Shown in pieces: positions 11,766 through 28,109 of a stretch of 64,000 nucleotides of DNA. The DNA comes from Octopus sinensis. Taxonomy: Eukaryota. The stretch covers positions 20,770,001-20,834,000 of the forward strand of contig NC_043014.1 of NCBI RefSeq assembly GCF_006345805.1. Reading direction: 5' to 3'. Both the position numbers and the translations under genes were made by a program. Within the stretch, counting starts at the first letter, position 1. Each line of letters opens with the position of its first letter. The notes under the pieces were generated by a model. It worked only from the letters and a program-made list of their open reading frames with translations, made no database searches and had not been told where the DNA came from.

Positions 11766-12465
11766 TTAGTATGCATACAGACAGACATATATAAATGTGA
11801 AAACGTCAACTCACAAATGCCGTGGCATGCAAGCAAGCAATTTTTTAGTACAGTATTTAGTACTTCACTTGTAAAACTACATGCATAAGCTCCTTAGTTA
11901 TCTCTGACTAAATTCCAGTGAAAGAAGCTTGTTTCTTGTTCATTGACGAAAAATTTGGAACATAGAATCAGAAAACACACGCATGTATGTATACACACAC
12001 ACGCACGCATGTATGTATATACACACACACAATTTATATCAATTTTAATCTGGAGCAGTTTGTACTCTTCGAGAGAAGCATTAATGATACAAAATTCCAT
12101 TTTCCATTATCTAATATTCTACAAATTAAATACCACTAAAATACGTCCTCAGACGTTCGAACATTATTTTATACGACTTCTCAACGGAGCCATTAGCTGT
12201 CAGTCGGCATTTTTTCCTTCCGCTTCTGTTATACCATTAAACTAGCTGTCACGTATCACGTGGTGTTAGAGGTCACATGATGACTGCGTTAATGTGGAAT
12301 CCATATCAATATGAATTTTCTTGTCACTACATATGGTGACAGCAAGTATGTCAGCATGAGGCAGCATTAACTTATAATATATTACACTCAAACCTCGATA
12401 AGTCTTCTAGTCTGGAATAATTTTTCTGCGTACATGTGTGTGTGTGTTTGTGTGTGAGAGAGGGA

Positions 12466-12500
<35 letters not shown>

Positions 12501-13049
12501 CGTGTGTGTATGTGCGTGAGTGCAAATGTGTGTGTGTTTGTACGAAAGTGAGTGTGTGCATGCATGTATCAAATATATATATATATTCATATATACACAT
12601 ACATATACGTGCATACATACATAGTAAACACATCATAATATGATGTTTAAGTATACATATCCATGTATGTATGTTAGCTTATATACACACGTGCGTGTGT
12701 ATATATATGTGTGTGTATATATGCTTACATATTTGTATATATATATGCATACATATCTGTATAAACATACACACACGCATAAATACATAGATTGATAAAT
12801 AGACATGTAGAAAATATTTAGGATGTGTGTGTATATATATATATATATAATATATGCGTGTGCTTTTGTGTGCGTGTGCGCGCGCGCGTGCGTGTTTGTA
12901 TGTGTATGTATTCTATACTTTGATTAGAACTTGTTGAATCACTCCTTGTTTGCCATATTCTAGCTTTATTCGTACATGAATGTGACTGAAGAATGTCTAT
13001 GTTTATGAGTGTGTGTGTGTGTGTGTATAATAATAACAATACTTATTTC

Positions 13050-13235
13050 TACTATAGGCACAAAACTTGAAATTTGGGGGAGGCAACTAGCCATATACAT
13101 CGACCTCAGTACTCAAATAGTACACATCTTATTGACTCCGAAAGTCGACCTCGGTGGAATTTGAACTCAGAACGTAAGGACGGGCGATATGTCGCTAAGC
13201 ATTTTGCCCCGCATACTAACAATTCTGTCAGCTCT
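13050..13235 (-). mobile_element. SINE family B copy
   Basis: gtcgacctcggtggaatttgaactcagaacgtaa reverse-complement head/core. Confidence 0.75.
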
Positions 13236-13239
13236 GACC

Positions 13240-13813
13240 AAATGACCACATCTCACTCCTCTGGAATTTCACCATTCAAACTGACAGAAAGATAGATGCG
13301 AATAGGCCAGACATCAGATTGAAAGACTTCAGACAAAGAACATGTGCCTCCTCATTGCTATGACTGTCCCAATCGATATAAACGTATCTGTCAAGACCTA
13401 ACAGAAACTGAGCAAATATAAAGATCTTGAAATAGAAATCAGCAAAATGTGGAACCTGAAGACTAAAACAATACCTGTTGTCATAGGTGCCCTGGGAATG
13501 ATAGCAAAAGGGGCTGATTGCTACCTAACTCAGATACCAGGAAACCAAAAAATTGCAGAAATTCAAAATATAGTGCTCATGGGAACTGCTCATATCCTAC
13601 GCAAAACACTTTCTATGTAATCTCAAGTTTTAAAACAAACATAATTTTCGTATGGTTTTTTTTTAGACATTCACTAGTATAACGCTAAGTACAAAACCAA
13701 ATATATGGCACACTAGGCATAACACCAACATGAACTTCCAACTTGTTGTCTCTTGAGGTCTCTGGGTGAGACTTGGAGCCAACTTGTACAAATGTAAAGC
13801 AAAAGCCAACAAA

Positions 13814-13815
<2 letters not shown>
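13240..13815 (+). mobile_element. R4/Dong-like non-LTR retrotransposon 3' end (restriction-like endonuclease, 3' UTR), followed by (TAA)n
   Basis: WNFTIQTDRKIDANRPDI...KLSKYKDLEIEISKMWNLKTKTIPVVIGALG...GTAHILRKTLSM* is a PD-(D/E)xK REL domain. Same family as 50663-51512. Confidence 0.88.
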
Positions 13816-13891
<76 letters not shown>

Positions 13892-13907
13892 TAATAATAT
13901 AATAATG

Positions 13908-13981
<74 letters not shown>

Positions 13982-14145
13982 AACTATTACTACCCATGTA
14001 TTTTAATCTAATTTTTAAAAAAATGAACGAACTATTGAGTTTAGTTTAATGGCCTAACAATGTATGCTATGAGTTTCTTTGCCCTAGGAGTCGGAAAGAA
14101 CTCGGCAAGAAATGGAAGCAAATTTGAAAGAAGAAAAAAAATAAC

Positions 14146-14198
<53 letters not shown>

Positions 14199-14260
14199 TA
14201 ATAATAATAATAATGATAATGATGATGATGATGATGATGATGATAAAGACGATGACGATG

Positions 14261-14332
<72 letters not shown>
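13815..14332. repeat. Compound trinucleotide microsatellites (TAA)n, (TGA)n, (TAG)n
   Basis: Directly visible. Confidence 0.95.
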
Positions 14333-14351
14333 AAGGAGTTACCGAAGATGA

Positions 14352-14772
14352 GAATTGCAAAATCTTATGAGATGCAATGATCCAATGCGATCACCCGACT
14401 AGTTCTGAATAAATAAGAAAAACATGTATGATAATCAACATAGCCAGCCCTGGTGACAACAGGATTAATGAGGAAGAAGAAAAAATAAACAATTATGACC
14501 ATTTTAAGTGGGAAGTATGAAGGTTGTGGTCAATGAAGAGAGTAGACGTGATACCACTAGTAATCGGTGCACATGGAATTATCAGCACTCACCTACCAAC
14601 ATGGCTGAAAAAGATCGGTGCAAGTGTGAAGGGAGGACATCTACAAAAATATGCACACTTTGGAACTGCAAGAATTATTCGCAAGATTTTTGAAGAATGA
14701 CCAGTAAATAAGTGTCACCTTAATCTACTATCTGTATCATACCGAGCAAAATAAGGTGTGTGTTTTCATATA
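14352..14772 (+). pseudogene. Degenerate R4/Dong-like REL endonuclease fragment, different subfamily
   Basis: IINIASPGDNRI...KINNYDHFKWEV*RLWSMKRVDVIPLVIGAHG...FGTARIIRKIFEE*, ending in (taa)n. Confidence 0.75.
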
Positions 14773-14815
14773 ATAATAATTTATGCACAAATATACATAT
14801 ATGTACGTATATTTA

Positions 14816-14850
<35 letters not shown>

Positions 14851-14852
<2 letters not shown>

Positions 14853-15160
14853 TGAGACCCCTTTCGGTCATGACTGACCATGGCACAAGTCAGGGTGATG
14901 ATGTTTATGGAAGACCAGCAGTCGCCCATGCATACCGGCCTTCCTTCTCCTCGCCACCAGTGTTATCCAAGGGAGAGGCAAAGGCCGATACAGCTTGGCA
15001 CATGTGACGTCGCAGCTCATTTCTACAGCTGAGTGAACTGGGGCAACGTGAAATAAAGTGTTTTGCTCAAGAACACAACATGCAGCCCGGTCTGGGATTC
15101 GAACTCACAACCTCACTATTGTAAGCTCGACGCTCTAACCTTCGAGCCATGCGCCTTCAC
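14851..15160 (-). mobile_element. tRNA-derived SINE family C, internally deleted
   Basis: Minus-strand head ggcgcatggctcgaaggttagagcg...gagttcgaatccc (A and B boxes) followed by gttcttgagcaaaacacttt. Confidence 0.75.
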
Positions 15161-15227
15161 ATATATATACATATATATATATATGTGTGTGTGTGTGTAT
15201 ATATATATATGTGTGTGCGTGTGTGTG

Positions 15228-15353
<126 letters not shown>

Positions 15354-15472
15354 TTTTTAATTCACGTTATAGATAGATAGACAGACAGACAGACAGAGAG
15401 ACACACAGACAAATAGACACACAGACACGCAGACAGACACACAGACAAGCAGACAGACCGACAGACAGACAT

Positions 15473-15561
<89 letters not shown>

Positions 15562-15870
15562 CAGGTATGCTTTAAGTTCGTTCGAGGGAAACGTTTTGGA
15601 ATATGCATATAAAAGCTCCTATTTTCTGTTGTCGTCTTTTCCTTAATGATACCAACTTGGAATAGTAATTTTATGGGGTTGAACCGATAAAATGTAGGAT
15701 AAATATAGTAATGATAATAATAATCCATGGATGGAATTTATAAATATTGTAATGCATCACTACGCGCGTTTCCATAGATCACGTCTCTTTTAAGAGACAT
15801 ACCACTTGCGGAAACGCGCGTAGCGCTGCGTTAATATGTTCATAAATGCCATCCAATATTATGATTATTA

Positions 15871-15928
<58 letters not shown>

Positions 15929-16087
15929 TATTATGATTATTATTATTATTATTTTTTTTTTTTATTATTATTATTATTACTATTATTATTATTATTATTG
16001 TATGTATATATATACATATATGTATTATTGTATGTATAAATATATATATTATATATATATATATATTATATATATATATATTATATA

Positions 16088-16125
<38 letters not shown>

Positions 16126-16146
16126 ATATATATATATATATATGGT

Positions 16147-18490
16147 ATGAGAGAGTTAGTTGAGACGCAGCCATTAGAAAATACCACAGGCCTATCCAGT
16201 CTAAACTTCCATAAGGCAAACTGGAAGAAGATCAACGAAGAGATCCGAAAACATGACTGGAGTGACTTCATCACCACACAAGACACCAACACACATTTCC
16301 AACATTTCATGACAACAATACAGAACATATGCCATAAGTTTGTCCCGGAGAAAAAAGCCAGCGGGCATAGGAACGTTATTCCCAGAGACAGGAAAATACT
16401 TATGAGGCGAAGAGCTAAGCTCTCGAAGCAACTGAATGCACGGCAGAGAAACAATGAGGGACTCCACCTGAAACTTTTTGAAACGGAAACTGCACTCAAA
16501 CTTTCCTATGAGAAGGAGAGGGCAGAGAGAGAAGCCAGGGCCATAGAGAATATTAAAACAAACCCTAAAGCCTTCTTTAAATTTGCGAAAGAAACCACCT
16601 CGGTACACTGCAAGATTGGCCCACTCTTTGATAAAAAGGGCTCTCTAACTGAGGACCCCCAAGGGATAAGTGAAATACTAAAGGAACAGTATAAAAGTGT
16701 GTTCACATCCCCTCTGGGGCACATGCAAATCACAAACCCAGAAGTTTTCATTGATGTCACAACACTCCAAAACCAAACAACAACCATCGACCACATAGAC
16801 ATAACAGAGAGGGATGTAATATCTGCCATAGAAGAAATGAGAATAAACTCAGCTGCTGGACCAGATGGATTCCCAGCAGTCCTCCTAAAAACATGCAGGC
16901 ATGCCCTAGCGGGACCACTGAAGAAGCTCTTCAGTGGTTCCTTGGCTAACGGTAAACTGCCCAGGGCGCTAAAAGAAGGCACCATATGCCCTATCCACAA
17001 AAGAGGGAGTAGAGCAGAGGCCAAAAACTACAGGCCAGTCTCCCTGACGTCACACATAAGTAAGGTCATGGAACGAATCATCAGAAAAAAACTGATCACG
17101 TTCCTCGAAGAAACTAACCGTCTCACTGACACACAGCATGGCTTTCGCCCAGGAAGAAGCTGCCTTACGCAGCTGTTACAACACTACGACTGGGTACTGA
17201 AACAACTACTGGATCGCTCACAGGTAGATGTGGTATATCTCGACTTTGCGAAGGCCTTTGACAAAGTCGACCACGGAGTGATATGTCACAAATTACTCAG
17301 GCTCGGAATAACAGGAAAAGTAGGTGAGTGGATACATGACTTCCTGAAGGACAGAAGCCAGATGGTTGCAGCCAATGGAGCCCTCTCGGGAAAGACACCA
17401 ATAGCAAGCGGGGTGCCACAGGGCACAGTCTTGGGACCCTTGCTGTTTTTGGTGGCGCTCTCTGACATGCCCTTGGTAGCACAAACAACATCCCTCACTA
17501 GCTATGCTGATGACACAAGGTAGCACAGGCAATCAAAAACCCAGCTGATGCTGACCTTTTACAACAAGATCTGGATGCCATATACAAATGGGCTGAAGAC
17601 AACAACATGCAATTTAATGCTGGTAAATTTCAAGCCTTGCAATATCAAGCTGTAAACACATATACATTACAACACAACTATACTGGTCCAGGAGGGATCG
17701 AAATCCCAGTATCGAAATCAATACGGGACCTGGGGATAGACATGAGTGACGATGCATCTGTTTCTTCACACATCGCGAAGGTGGCGACAATGTGCAGACG
17801 ACTCACTGGCTGGATCCTGAGGACATTCCGGACAAGAGACTGCGAGACCATGTTGACACTATGGAAGACATTTGTCCTAAGCCGCCTGGACTACTGCTCC
17901 CAACTGTGGTCACCGCATAGTGTCAAACTAACCACAGAGCTTGAGACAATCCAAAGACATTTCACCAAGAGGATTTCCACCATGAAAGAAAAGAACTATT
18001 GGGAGAGGCTTAGGGAACTCAATTTGTACTCCTTGGAACGAAGACGAGAGAGATATGCAGTGATATACATATGGAAAATCCTGGAGGGACTAGCACCAAA
18101 TTTTGGAATTGAGAGCTGTTCCAATCCCCGTACAGGACGTCACTGTGTGGTGCCAAAGGTCCCGTCTTCCACATCCAGGGTAAGGAGCAGATACTGTAAT
18201 AGCCTGGGGTTCAGGGGCCCTCAGCTGTTCAACAAACTGCCTAGAAAACTAAGAGATCTACATGATGCGGATGTGGACATTTTCAAAAAACATCTAGACA
18301 AGCTGCTTTCCGGGATCCCAGATGAACCTACTGCAAGGTACGAAGGTAACCTAAGGGCAGCAGCTACAAACTCTCTCTTAGATCAGTGGCCAGCCACGGC
18401 AAACTGGACTTAGAGAGGGTAGCAACAAGGGCGGTGCCCCAGCATGGCCTCAGCCGGATGGCTGAAACAAGTAAAAGAGTAAAAGAGTAT
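16147..18490 (+). mobile_element. CR1/L2-group LINE ORF2, 5'-truncated, one frameshift, complete 3' end
   Basis: RT motifs AAGPDGFP, NYRPVSLTSH, QHGFRPGRSC, YLDFAKAFDKVDH, SGVPQGTVLGP, YADDT. ORFs 16096-17523 and 17607-18413 are joined by a frameshift near 17520. C-terminal LDYCSQLWSP and LYSLERRRER; (gtaaaaga)n tail. Confidence 0.93.
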
Positions 18491-18511
18491 ATCATATGTA
18501 TATATATGTAA

Positions 18512-18564
<53 letters not shown>

Positions 18565-18566
18565 TA

Positions 18567-18611
<45 letters not shown>

Positions 18612-19041
18612 ATACATACATATATGCGCTAATATGTATGTGTAGGAATAGTTATATTAACTATTCCGATTACTGGATGCACAGAACTATTTTGTACTGA
18701 ACGTAGAATAATATATTTATTCATTAAAGCTGAAAACTTTAAGATTACAATTCAAAAGAGTTTCATCTGGTGAATCATCAGATTGCAATGGAATGTTCTT
18801 GATAAATATTGCATATGACTTGAAGAGGAGCGGATGATAGAATAACACGTACGGAATGGAGTCGGAGTAAAAGAAAATACGCAATGCGACGAAACTAGAA
18901 AGAAGCATTGAGTAAATGGTGTCGCTGATTTAAACCTGTGGTTCTCAACCGGGGTCCATATAAGATTTTGTCAAAATTTACGTGAAATATATTGGCTATA
19001 GTTCTACAATGTATGTGTGTGTATGAATATAATATATATAT

Positions 19042-19244
19042 ATAACAGTTGGATAGTGTGTCAATTCACTACAGCTGTTTTAACGAATTTTCAGTTGATT
19101 AATGGGGACATTACATGATTAAACAAAACGTTTTCATCAGGTAAATACATGAACCACAACGTTTAGGAACATCCAAAGGTCAACAGCATATGCACCTTCA
19201 TGATTCTACGAGCCTTGCTGATTGACACATTATCCACCTGTTAT
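19042..19244. repeat. About 200-bp segment bounded by 24-bp imperfect inverted repeats (MITE-like)
   Basis: ataacagttggatagtgtgtcaat versus attgacacattatccacctgttat, 2 mismatches. Confidence 0.55.
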
Positions 19245-19545
19245 GAATTAATTTATTCCTAATTCACCTCCCTCAGAACCATCGCCTCGAGTGATCCGAA
19301 GTATATTATGGGCCGTATATTTAAAACAATGCGCGTTTCTTGATTAGCCCAAGGGCTAGTGATATACTCAGTCGGGTTCAATTAATCGTATACATAACCT
19401 GAATATCTTTATGCCTGCTCTTCGTTACCTGTATATGTATTTGTTTATGTTTGTTGTGTACGCATTTTAATTTTGACCCGACCCGGTGCCTTACTATTTA
19501 AGTGCCTGGTTTACTTGAATCCTAATCCTTTTTATACATATGTAC

Positions 19546-19578
<33 letters not shown>

Positions 19579-19589
19579 AGGAGACATGA

Positions 19590-19630
<41 letters not shown>

Positions 19631-20504
19631 CTTGACTAAATTCTCAGGTGGTAACCTTTTTCTGTGGACAATCAAGGTTATTGTGAAATTGACAAAGACA
19701 ACGTCTCTGAAAAGACAATGGTGGTTGCTGTGCGGTGAACCCATAACCAGGAAATGTTGTGGGTGGTGTGAGAAGGCTGCGTTTGTTAGTTTGTCAAGTG
19801 TACCTAATTGACTGAGAACGTGCTCATGTCGGTCTAACTTACGATCTTTTACACAGACGGACATTACAGCGTATGTTATTACCACTACTTCTACAACTAA
19901 TAATAATAATAATAATATTAACAAGAAGGGCAACATCTACACTTTCGCTATTACTATCAACGCTAGTGCAACTACCACTGTTTCCACCAGCACTACCCTG
20001 TCGTATTGCTTCCACCACAGCCACTCCTACTACCACCATTACCACTGCTTTTATGCTGCTATTAACTAATACTTGTTCTGCTAATCTTAGAACTGCTCCT
20101 AGTTATGTACTAACTCACACACGTTTGTTTGCGCCTGTTTATGTTTAAGTGTGTGTGAATAGAGAGAAAAAGATAAACAGAGAGAGGGAGGGGGAACAGA
20201 GAGAAGGTGAAAGATAGATGAAAAGAAAGCTAAAATGATAACTGGATATCGGTACAGATATAGATGTGCATGTGCGTGCATCATTGTGTGTGTGTGTGTG
20301 TGTATGCCTGTGCGTGTATATGTCTGTGTATATGTGCGTGTGTGTATGTATGCGTGAGAGTCTCTGTGTGTATATTTCTAATGTGTTGCAATAATGATGT
20401 TAAAGTTTCAGACCTGAGAGTCCTCAAATATTATCGAAAACTCTCATCAGCTACAAATTTGGAGCTTCTCCATGGTCAGTCTACCTGCTAAAAATCTATT
20501 CTGC

Positions 20505-20875
20505 AATAAGCACAAGGCCAGAATTTTTATCTTTTTTTTTCCTTACCATTTTTTGATGGGATGGACAGTCAATTACTTCAAACCTAGTACTCAACTGATA
20601 CTTATTTTATCGACCCCGAAATGATGAAAACAAGGTCGACATCGGCAGAATTTGAACTTAGAACATATTAATCCTTTCTATTATAGGTAACAGGTTTGAA
20701 ATTTCGGGTAAGTCGATTACATCGACCCCAATGTTCAACTGGTACTCATTTTATCAGTACGAAAAGATAAAAGGCAAAGTCGACCTCGGCAGAATATGAA
20801 CTCGGAACTAAGGCAGACGAAATACCGCTATGCATTTTACTTGGCGTGCTAACGATTCTGCCAGTTCACCCCCTT
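20505..20875 (-). mobile_element. Two SINE family B copies
   Basis: acttattttatcgaccccgaaa...aaggcaaagtcgacctcggcagaa cores. Confidence 0.8.
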
Positions 20876-21142
20876 ACACACCACACAACTAAATAATACA
20901 ATTAAAAAACGTATGTCTGTGTGCGCGCGCCATAAGGTCTGCAAATCTAACGGAGGCCTCAAAAGACATTTTAAGACCCACAAAGATTAGAACTTAGCTG
21001 CAGCTCTTGGTGGTCCAATCAGATATGCAATCTCTTTGGGCGTCTTTTCAATGCAACGTCTGGTTTACAAATCCAACTCAGATGGATCTAAGGTGAAAGT
21101 ACAAGAGGTGGTCAAAGTCTGCATGAGGAGTAGACAGCCATC

Positions 21143-22072
21143 ATGTATGTATGTATGTATGTATGTATGTATGTATGTATGTATATGTATGTATGTATGT
21201 ATATATGTATGTATGCATGTATGTATGTATGTATGTATGTATGTATGTATGTATGTATGTGTGTATGTATGCGTGTATTATGTATGTGTGTATGTATGTG
21301 TATGTATGTGTATGTGTGTATGTATGTATGTATGTGTGTATGTATGTATGTATACATGTATGTATGTGTGTATGTGTGTGCATGTATGTATGTGTGTGTG
21401 TATGTATGTGTGTATATATGTATGTATGTGTGTATGTGTGTATGTGTGTATGTGTGTGTCTATGTATGCATGTATGTATGTGTATGTGTGTATGTATGTA
21501 TGTATGTATGTGTATGTATGTATGTATGTATGTATGTGTGTATGTATATGTGTATGTATGCGTGTATGTATGTGTATGTATGTATGTGTATGTGTGTATG
21601 TATGTATGTGTATGTATATATGTATGTATGTATGTGTGTATGTATGTGTGTATGTATGTATGTGTGTATGTATGTGTATGTATGTATGTGTATGTGTGTA
21701 TGTATGTATGTGTGTATGTATGTGTATGTATGTATGTGTGTATGTGTGTATGTATGTATGTATGTGTGTATGTGTGTATGTATGTGTATGTATGTATGTG
21801 TATGTGTGTATGTATGTATGTGTGTATGTGTGTATGTGTGTATGTATGTGTATGTATGTATGTGTATGTGTGTATGTATGTATGTATGTGTATGTGTGTA
21901 TGTATGTATGTATGTATGCGTGTATGCATGTATGTGTGTATGTATGTATGTATGCATGTATGTATGTATGTATGTATGTATGTGTATGTGTGTATGTATG
22001 TATGTATGTATGTATGTATGTGTATGTGTGTGTGTATGTATGTATGTGTGTATGTATGGGTATGTATGTATG
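21143..22072. repeat. About 930-bp compound (TATG)n/(TG)n microsatellite
   Basis: Directly visible. It is the source of the spurious MYVC/HTYI ORFs. Confidence 0.97.
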
Positions 22073-22249
22073 TTGATGCAAACAGGAAAAATAGAACTCA
22101 AAATATGATTATATGTATATTTTCATGAATATTTAGCAGAAGCAACAGAGGGACTCAAGGGCCGAGAATTTCGTGCATTGGCACTTATCAAACTCTTGAT
22201 AAGTGTCAACGCACGAAATTTTCGGTCATTCAATCACTTTATTGCTTCT

Positions 22250-22500
22250 GCTATGGCTTAGTGGTTAGGGTGCTGCACTCACGATTGCTAAATCGTAGTT
22301 TCAATTCTTAGACTGGGTAGTGCGTTGTATTCTTGAGCAAAACACTTCATCTCACGGTGCTCTGCGATCATGTCGACACCTGACGCATAGCACACCACCG
22401 TGCACCTGTTCGGGCAATGTTGATTTGATGGAGAGAGTGCGCTAATGTGCTGCACGAACATTTGATCACTATAAACAAATTATTTGCGCAGGTCGTTCGG
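22250..22500 (+). mobile_element. tRNA-derived SINE (family C-related head)
   Basis: tggcttagtggttaggg A box, gtttcaattc B-box remnant, ttcttgagcaaaacacttc block. Confidence 0.65.
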
Positions 22501-24949
22501 CTTTTTTTTCTTTTTTTTTCTTTTTGAAGTTACAGAGGTTTAAAGTTTGATCATTTTTGCCCAGTCAGAAAACAGGATTTGGAAACTGTCAGTTTTTGCG
22601 TGACTGCATTGTTGCAATAACCCGTGTTTTAATATGAAACTGTAAACAAATGAGATAATGGCGGGATTTTGTTTTATGCACTCCTTATAACCCCTCATAA
22701 CATTTTTACTTTTTGGTATTTTCAGAAAATTTTTACAACTTATTCATACGATTATACAAAAACCAAAACAAAAATGTTGGCGCGGGATTTAAGGCATACT
22801 TAGCTGTTATTTTTAGCACATCTCACGATCATCTCATACCTGTTATGTTTTAAGCATTCAATAAGCGACAAAAGAACACTTGGTAAGCAGCTCGGTAACA
22901 GCTTGACTTGTTACAGTGGAAACAGGTGCTTACGTGTCTGTGGCTTTTGAGTGGCTAAAATTGCCCAAACTTTGGAAACATTAAAGGCTATTAACTTTTT
23001 ATTTATTGATTTATGGTGAAAATGAATTTCGTGTCAATAATTACCATACAAAACTACATCAACATACCAAATATGAAATTAATTGGAACAAAATTGAAGA
23101 AATTGAAAAGTGGCGGAAAAAGATCCTATATGTGTTTGTGTGTGTGTATGTGTGCGTGTGTGCGTGTGTACACACACACAATTCTGTGCTAGTAACATAC
23201 CCACAAGCAGATATAAACAATTGAACATATACGATTAATTCAAATTCACTCTACTTTTCTTTTCCACTTCATTCTCTCTTCAATCATTGTCTCTGTTTCT
23301 TTTTCTCCCTATCCCTCTCTTTCTCTTTCTCTCTTTCTCTCTCGCTCTCTTTCTCTGTATCCCTCTCTACTTACATTCACGCGTGTACAACACATGTACA
23401 CACACACACTCACACACAAAGCACAACATACGTACACACACGCACACACATACGACCACGCACGCACACACACAAACACAAACACACGCACACATACACT
23501 GATCTTACATGACAACTACAAAACGTTTAAGACGAAAGTATCCAAAAACATCAGAACTATTCCTGCTTTCCAATTCTGAATATTGAAGGAGAAATAGCGT
23601 TTTAAGTTCATTGAAAAATATTTATTACTTTCCTATAACATATAAAATAAATTGAAATTAGCCATTCAGCTATGTACTACAAAACTAAACAGACAACTTC
23701 CTTAAGAATAAAATAGTAATTGTATGCTTAGAGCCTTATCGCTTCTGACTGATGACATTACGAATCACCGTTCTGTTCGCGAAGAAGCCGTCTAAAGTTT
23801 AAACTGAAGATAAAATACTTTATTAAATTCATTGAAAATACTGAAAAAAAATCAAATTATATCTCTAAATTTGGGAGTATTAAAAGGAAAAGAAAATATG
23901 GAAGTGGTAAAGATTGGAATATAAGATTAAAGAGAATGAACGGAAATAAGACAAGCACGAGAAATAAATTTTAGAGAAATAAGAATAGGGAAAAAGGAGA
24001 ATGTGAGACAGAAGAAAGACCAAGAGATTGAAAAAAAAACGCAAAGGTTTTTAAGAGCAAGACAGTCTTGCAGAGAAAAATTGCTGAAAGGTATGAACGA
24101 ATTCAATATCAGAGGACTGCTTTTAAGTTGATTCTATTCATGATTATGCGTTTGAAAAAATTTGTATTCCTGGAATCAAAATGCGAAAATGCGTGACAAG
24201 AATGTTGCTTAAAAGTAGAACATGAAATTGTTTTTGTTATAATGGTGAGGTCCATTTTCCTATAATTGAGCCGTCAGAACGTAAAATGGTTCTTTGGAGC
24301 ACCACTTCGGAATCAAAATGGTTTCTTTAAAATGTTAGAACATGCGATTTGCGCCATTTCAAATGACATCAATTGGGGCAAAAAAAAAATCAGGAAAAAT
24401 GCGTTTATCGCAACTTTTAAAATGAAGAAAATTATCACAAAATTGGCTCCCCTAAGAGTTTACAAAATAAAGAGCTGTAATTTTCCCAGGTATATTTTTG
24501 GGTAACATTAAAAAAGAATCACAATATCGAAATAAAAACTACCAGAACTTATTTTTTAAAATGTAAGAACTGTTTCATGAAAACAATTCTTTATGCCATA
24601 CGGTTTTGGCATGGTTTAGAATGTACTACAACTCTCAGTTTTCATCCATACCGACATAAAACCAGCCAAAACCTAAGATCGTCCATTTAATCTTTATGAG
24701 TGTAATGAAGTATTAATTAATATATTTGGAGATCATAAAAGCGAGTGTCGTGACAGTAGCATCTAATTCATAAATAAAACTCATCTTTCATAAGTTGATT
24801 TATAGTATCCCTTGATTTTTTTTTTGGTTCCGGGGGAAAGGGCGATGCTTTTTGAAGGGTTTTGTCAATGAAGATTACCACCACACTTGATACCATAAAT
24901 AGGTGGAGCTGCTTCTAGATTACAGTATCCTGTATTGAGTGTTGTGTCT

Positions 24950-27545
<2,596 letters not shown>

Positions 27546-27559
27546 ATGACACAGTAGCC

Positions 27560-27925
27560 AGCAATTTTAGATGTGTAAGTCGATTACGTCGACCCCAGTG
27601 TTCAACTTACTTTATCTTATTTTATCGACCCTGAAATGATGAAAGGCATTTGAACTCGAATCGTTTGAACTCGAAATACCTTTAAGCCAACCATGCTAAC
27701 GGTCCTGCTAGCTCGTCGCCTTATACCAGTTTGTATTATTGGTTTCAACTTTTGGCACAAGGCCAGCAGTTTCAGGGTTGGGGTAAGTTGAAAACATCGA
27801 TTCCACTGCCCAACTGGGTCTTACTTTATCAACTCTGAAAGGATGAAAGGCAAAGTCGACCTTGTCGAACTTGAACTCAGATCGTAAAGACGGACGAAAT
27901 ACTGCTAGGCATTTTGTTCAAGCAC
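27560..27925 (-). mobile_element. Two SINE family B copies
   Basis: gtcgattacgtcgaccccag and ggatgaaaggcaaagtcgacc cores. Confidence 0.75.
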
Positions 27926-28109
27926 TGCAAATATGGGTGTGTGTACGTGCGTACGTGTGTGCGTGTGTGTGTGTGCATGTGTCTGTGTATGTGTGTGTGT
28001 GTGCATGTGTCTGTGTATGTGTGTGTGTGAACATACACATACACACACGTACACACACGTACACACACACGCACACACATACACACACAACACACACACA
28101 CACGCACAT

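Noticed and set aside
18760-18781. Hammerhead-like CTGATGA...GAAAC on the minus strand
   Set aside because: No credible stems I, II or III.
18933-18970. hAT-like terminus ctgtggttctcaacc
   Set aside because: No matching second end or TSD found; too short to support.
21036-22128. Long ORFs of 213-346 aa in all frames
   Set aside because: Translations of a (TATG/TG)n microsatellite that lacks stop codons; no coding signal.
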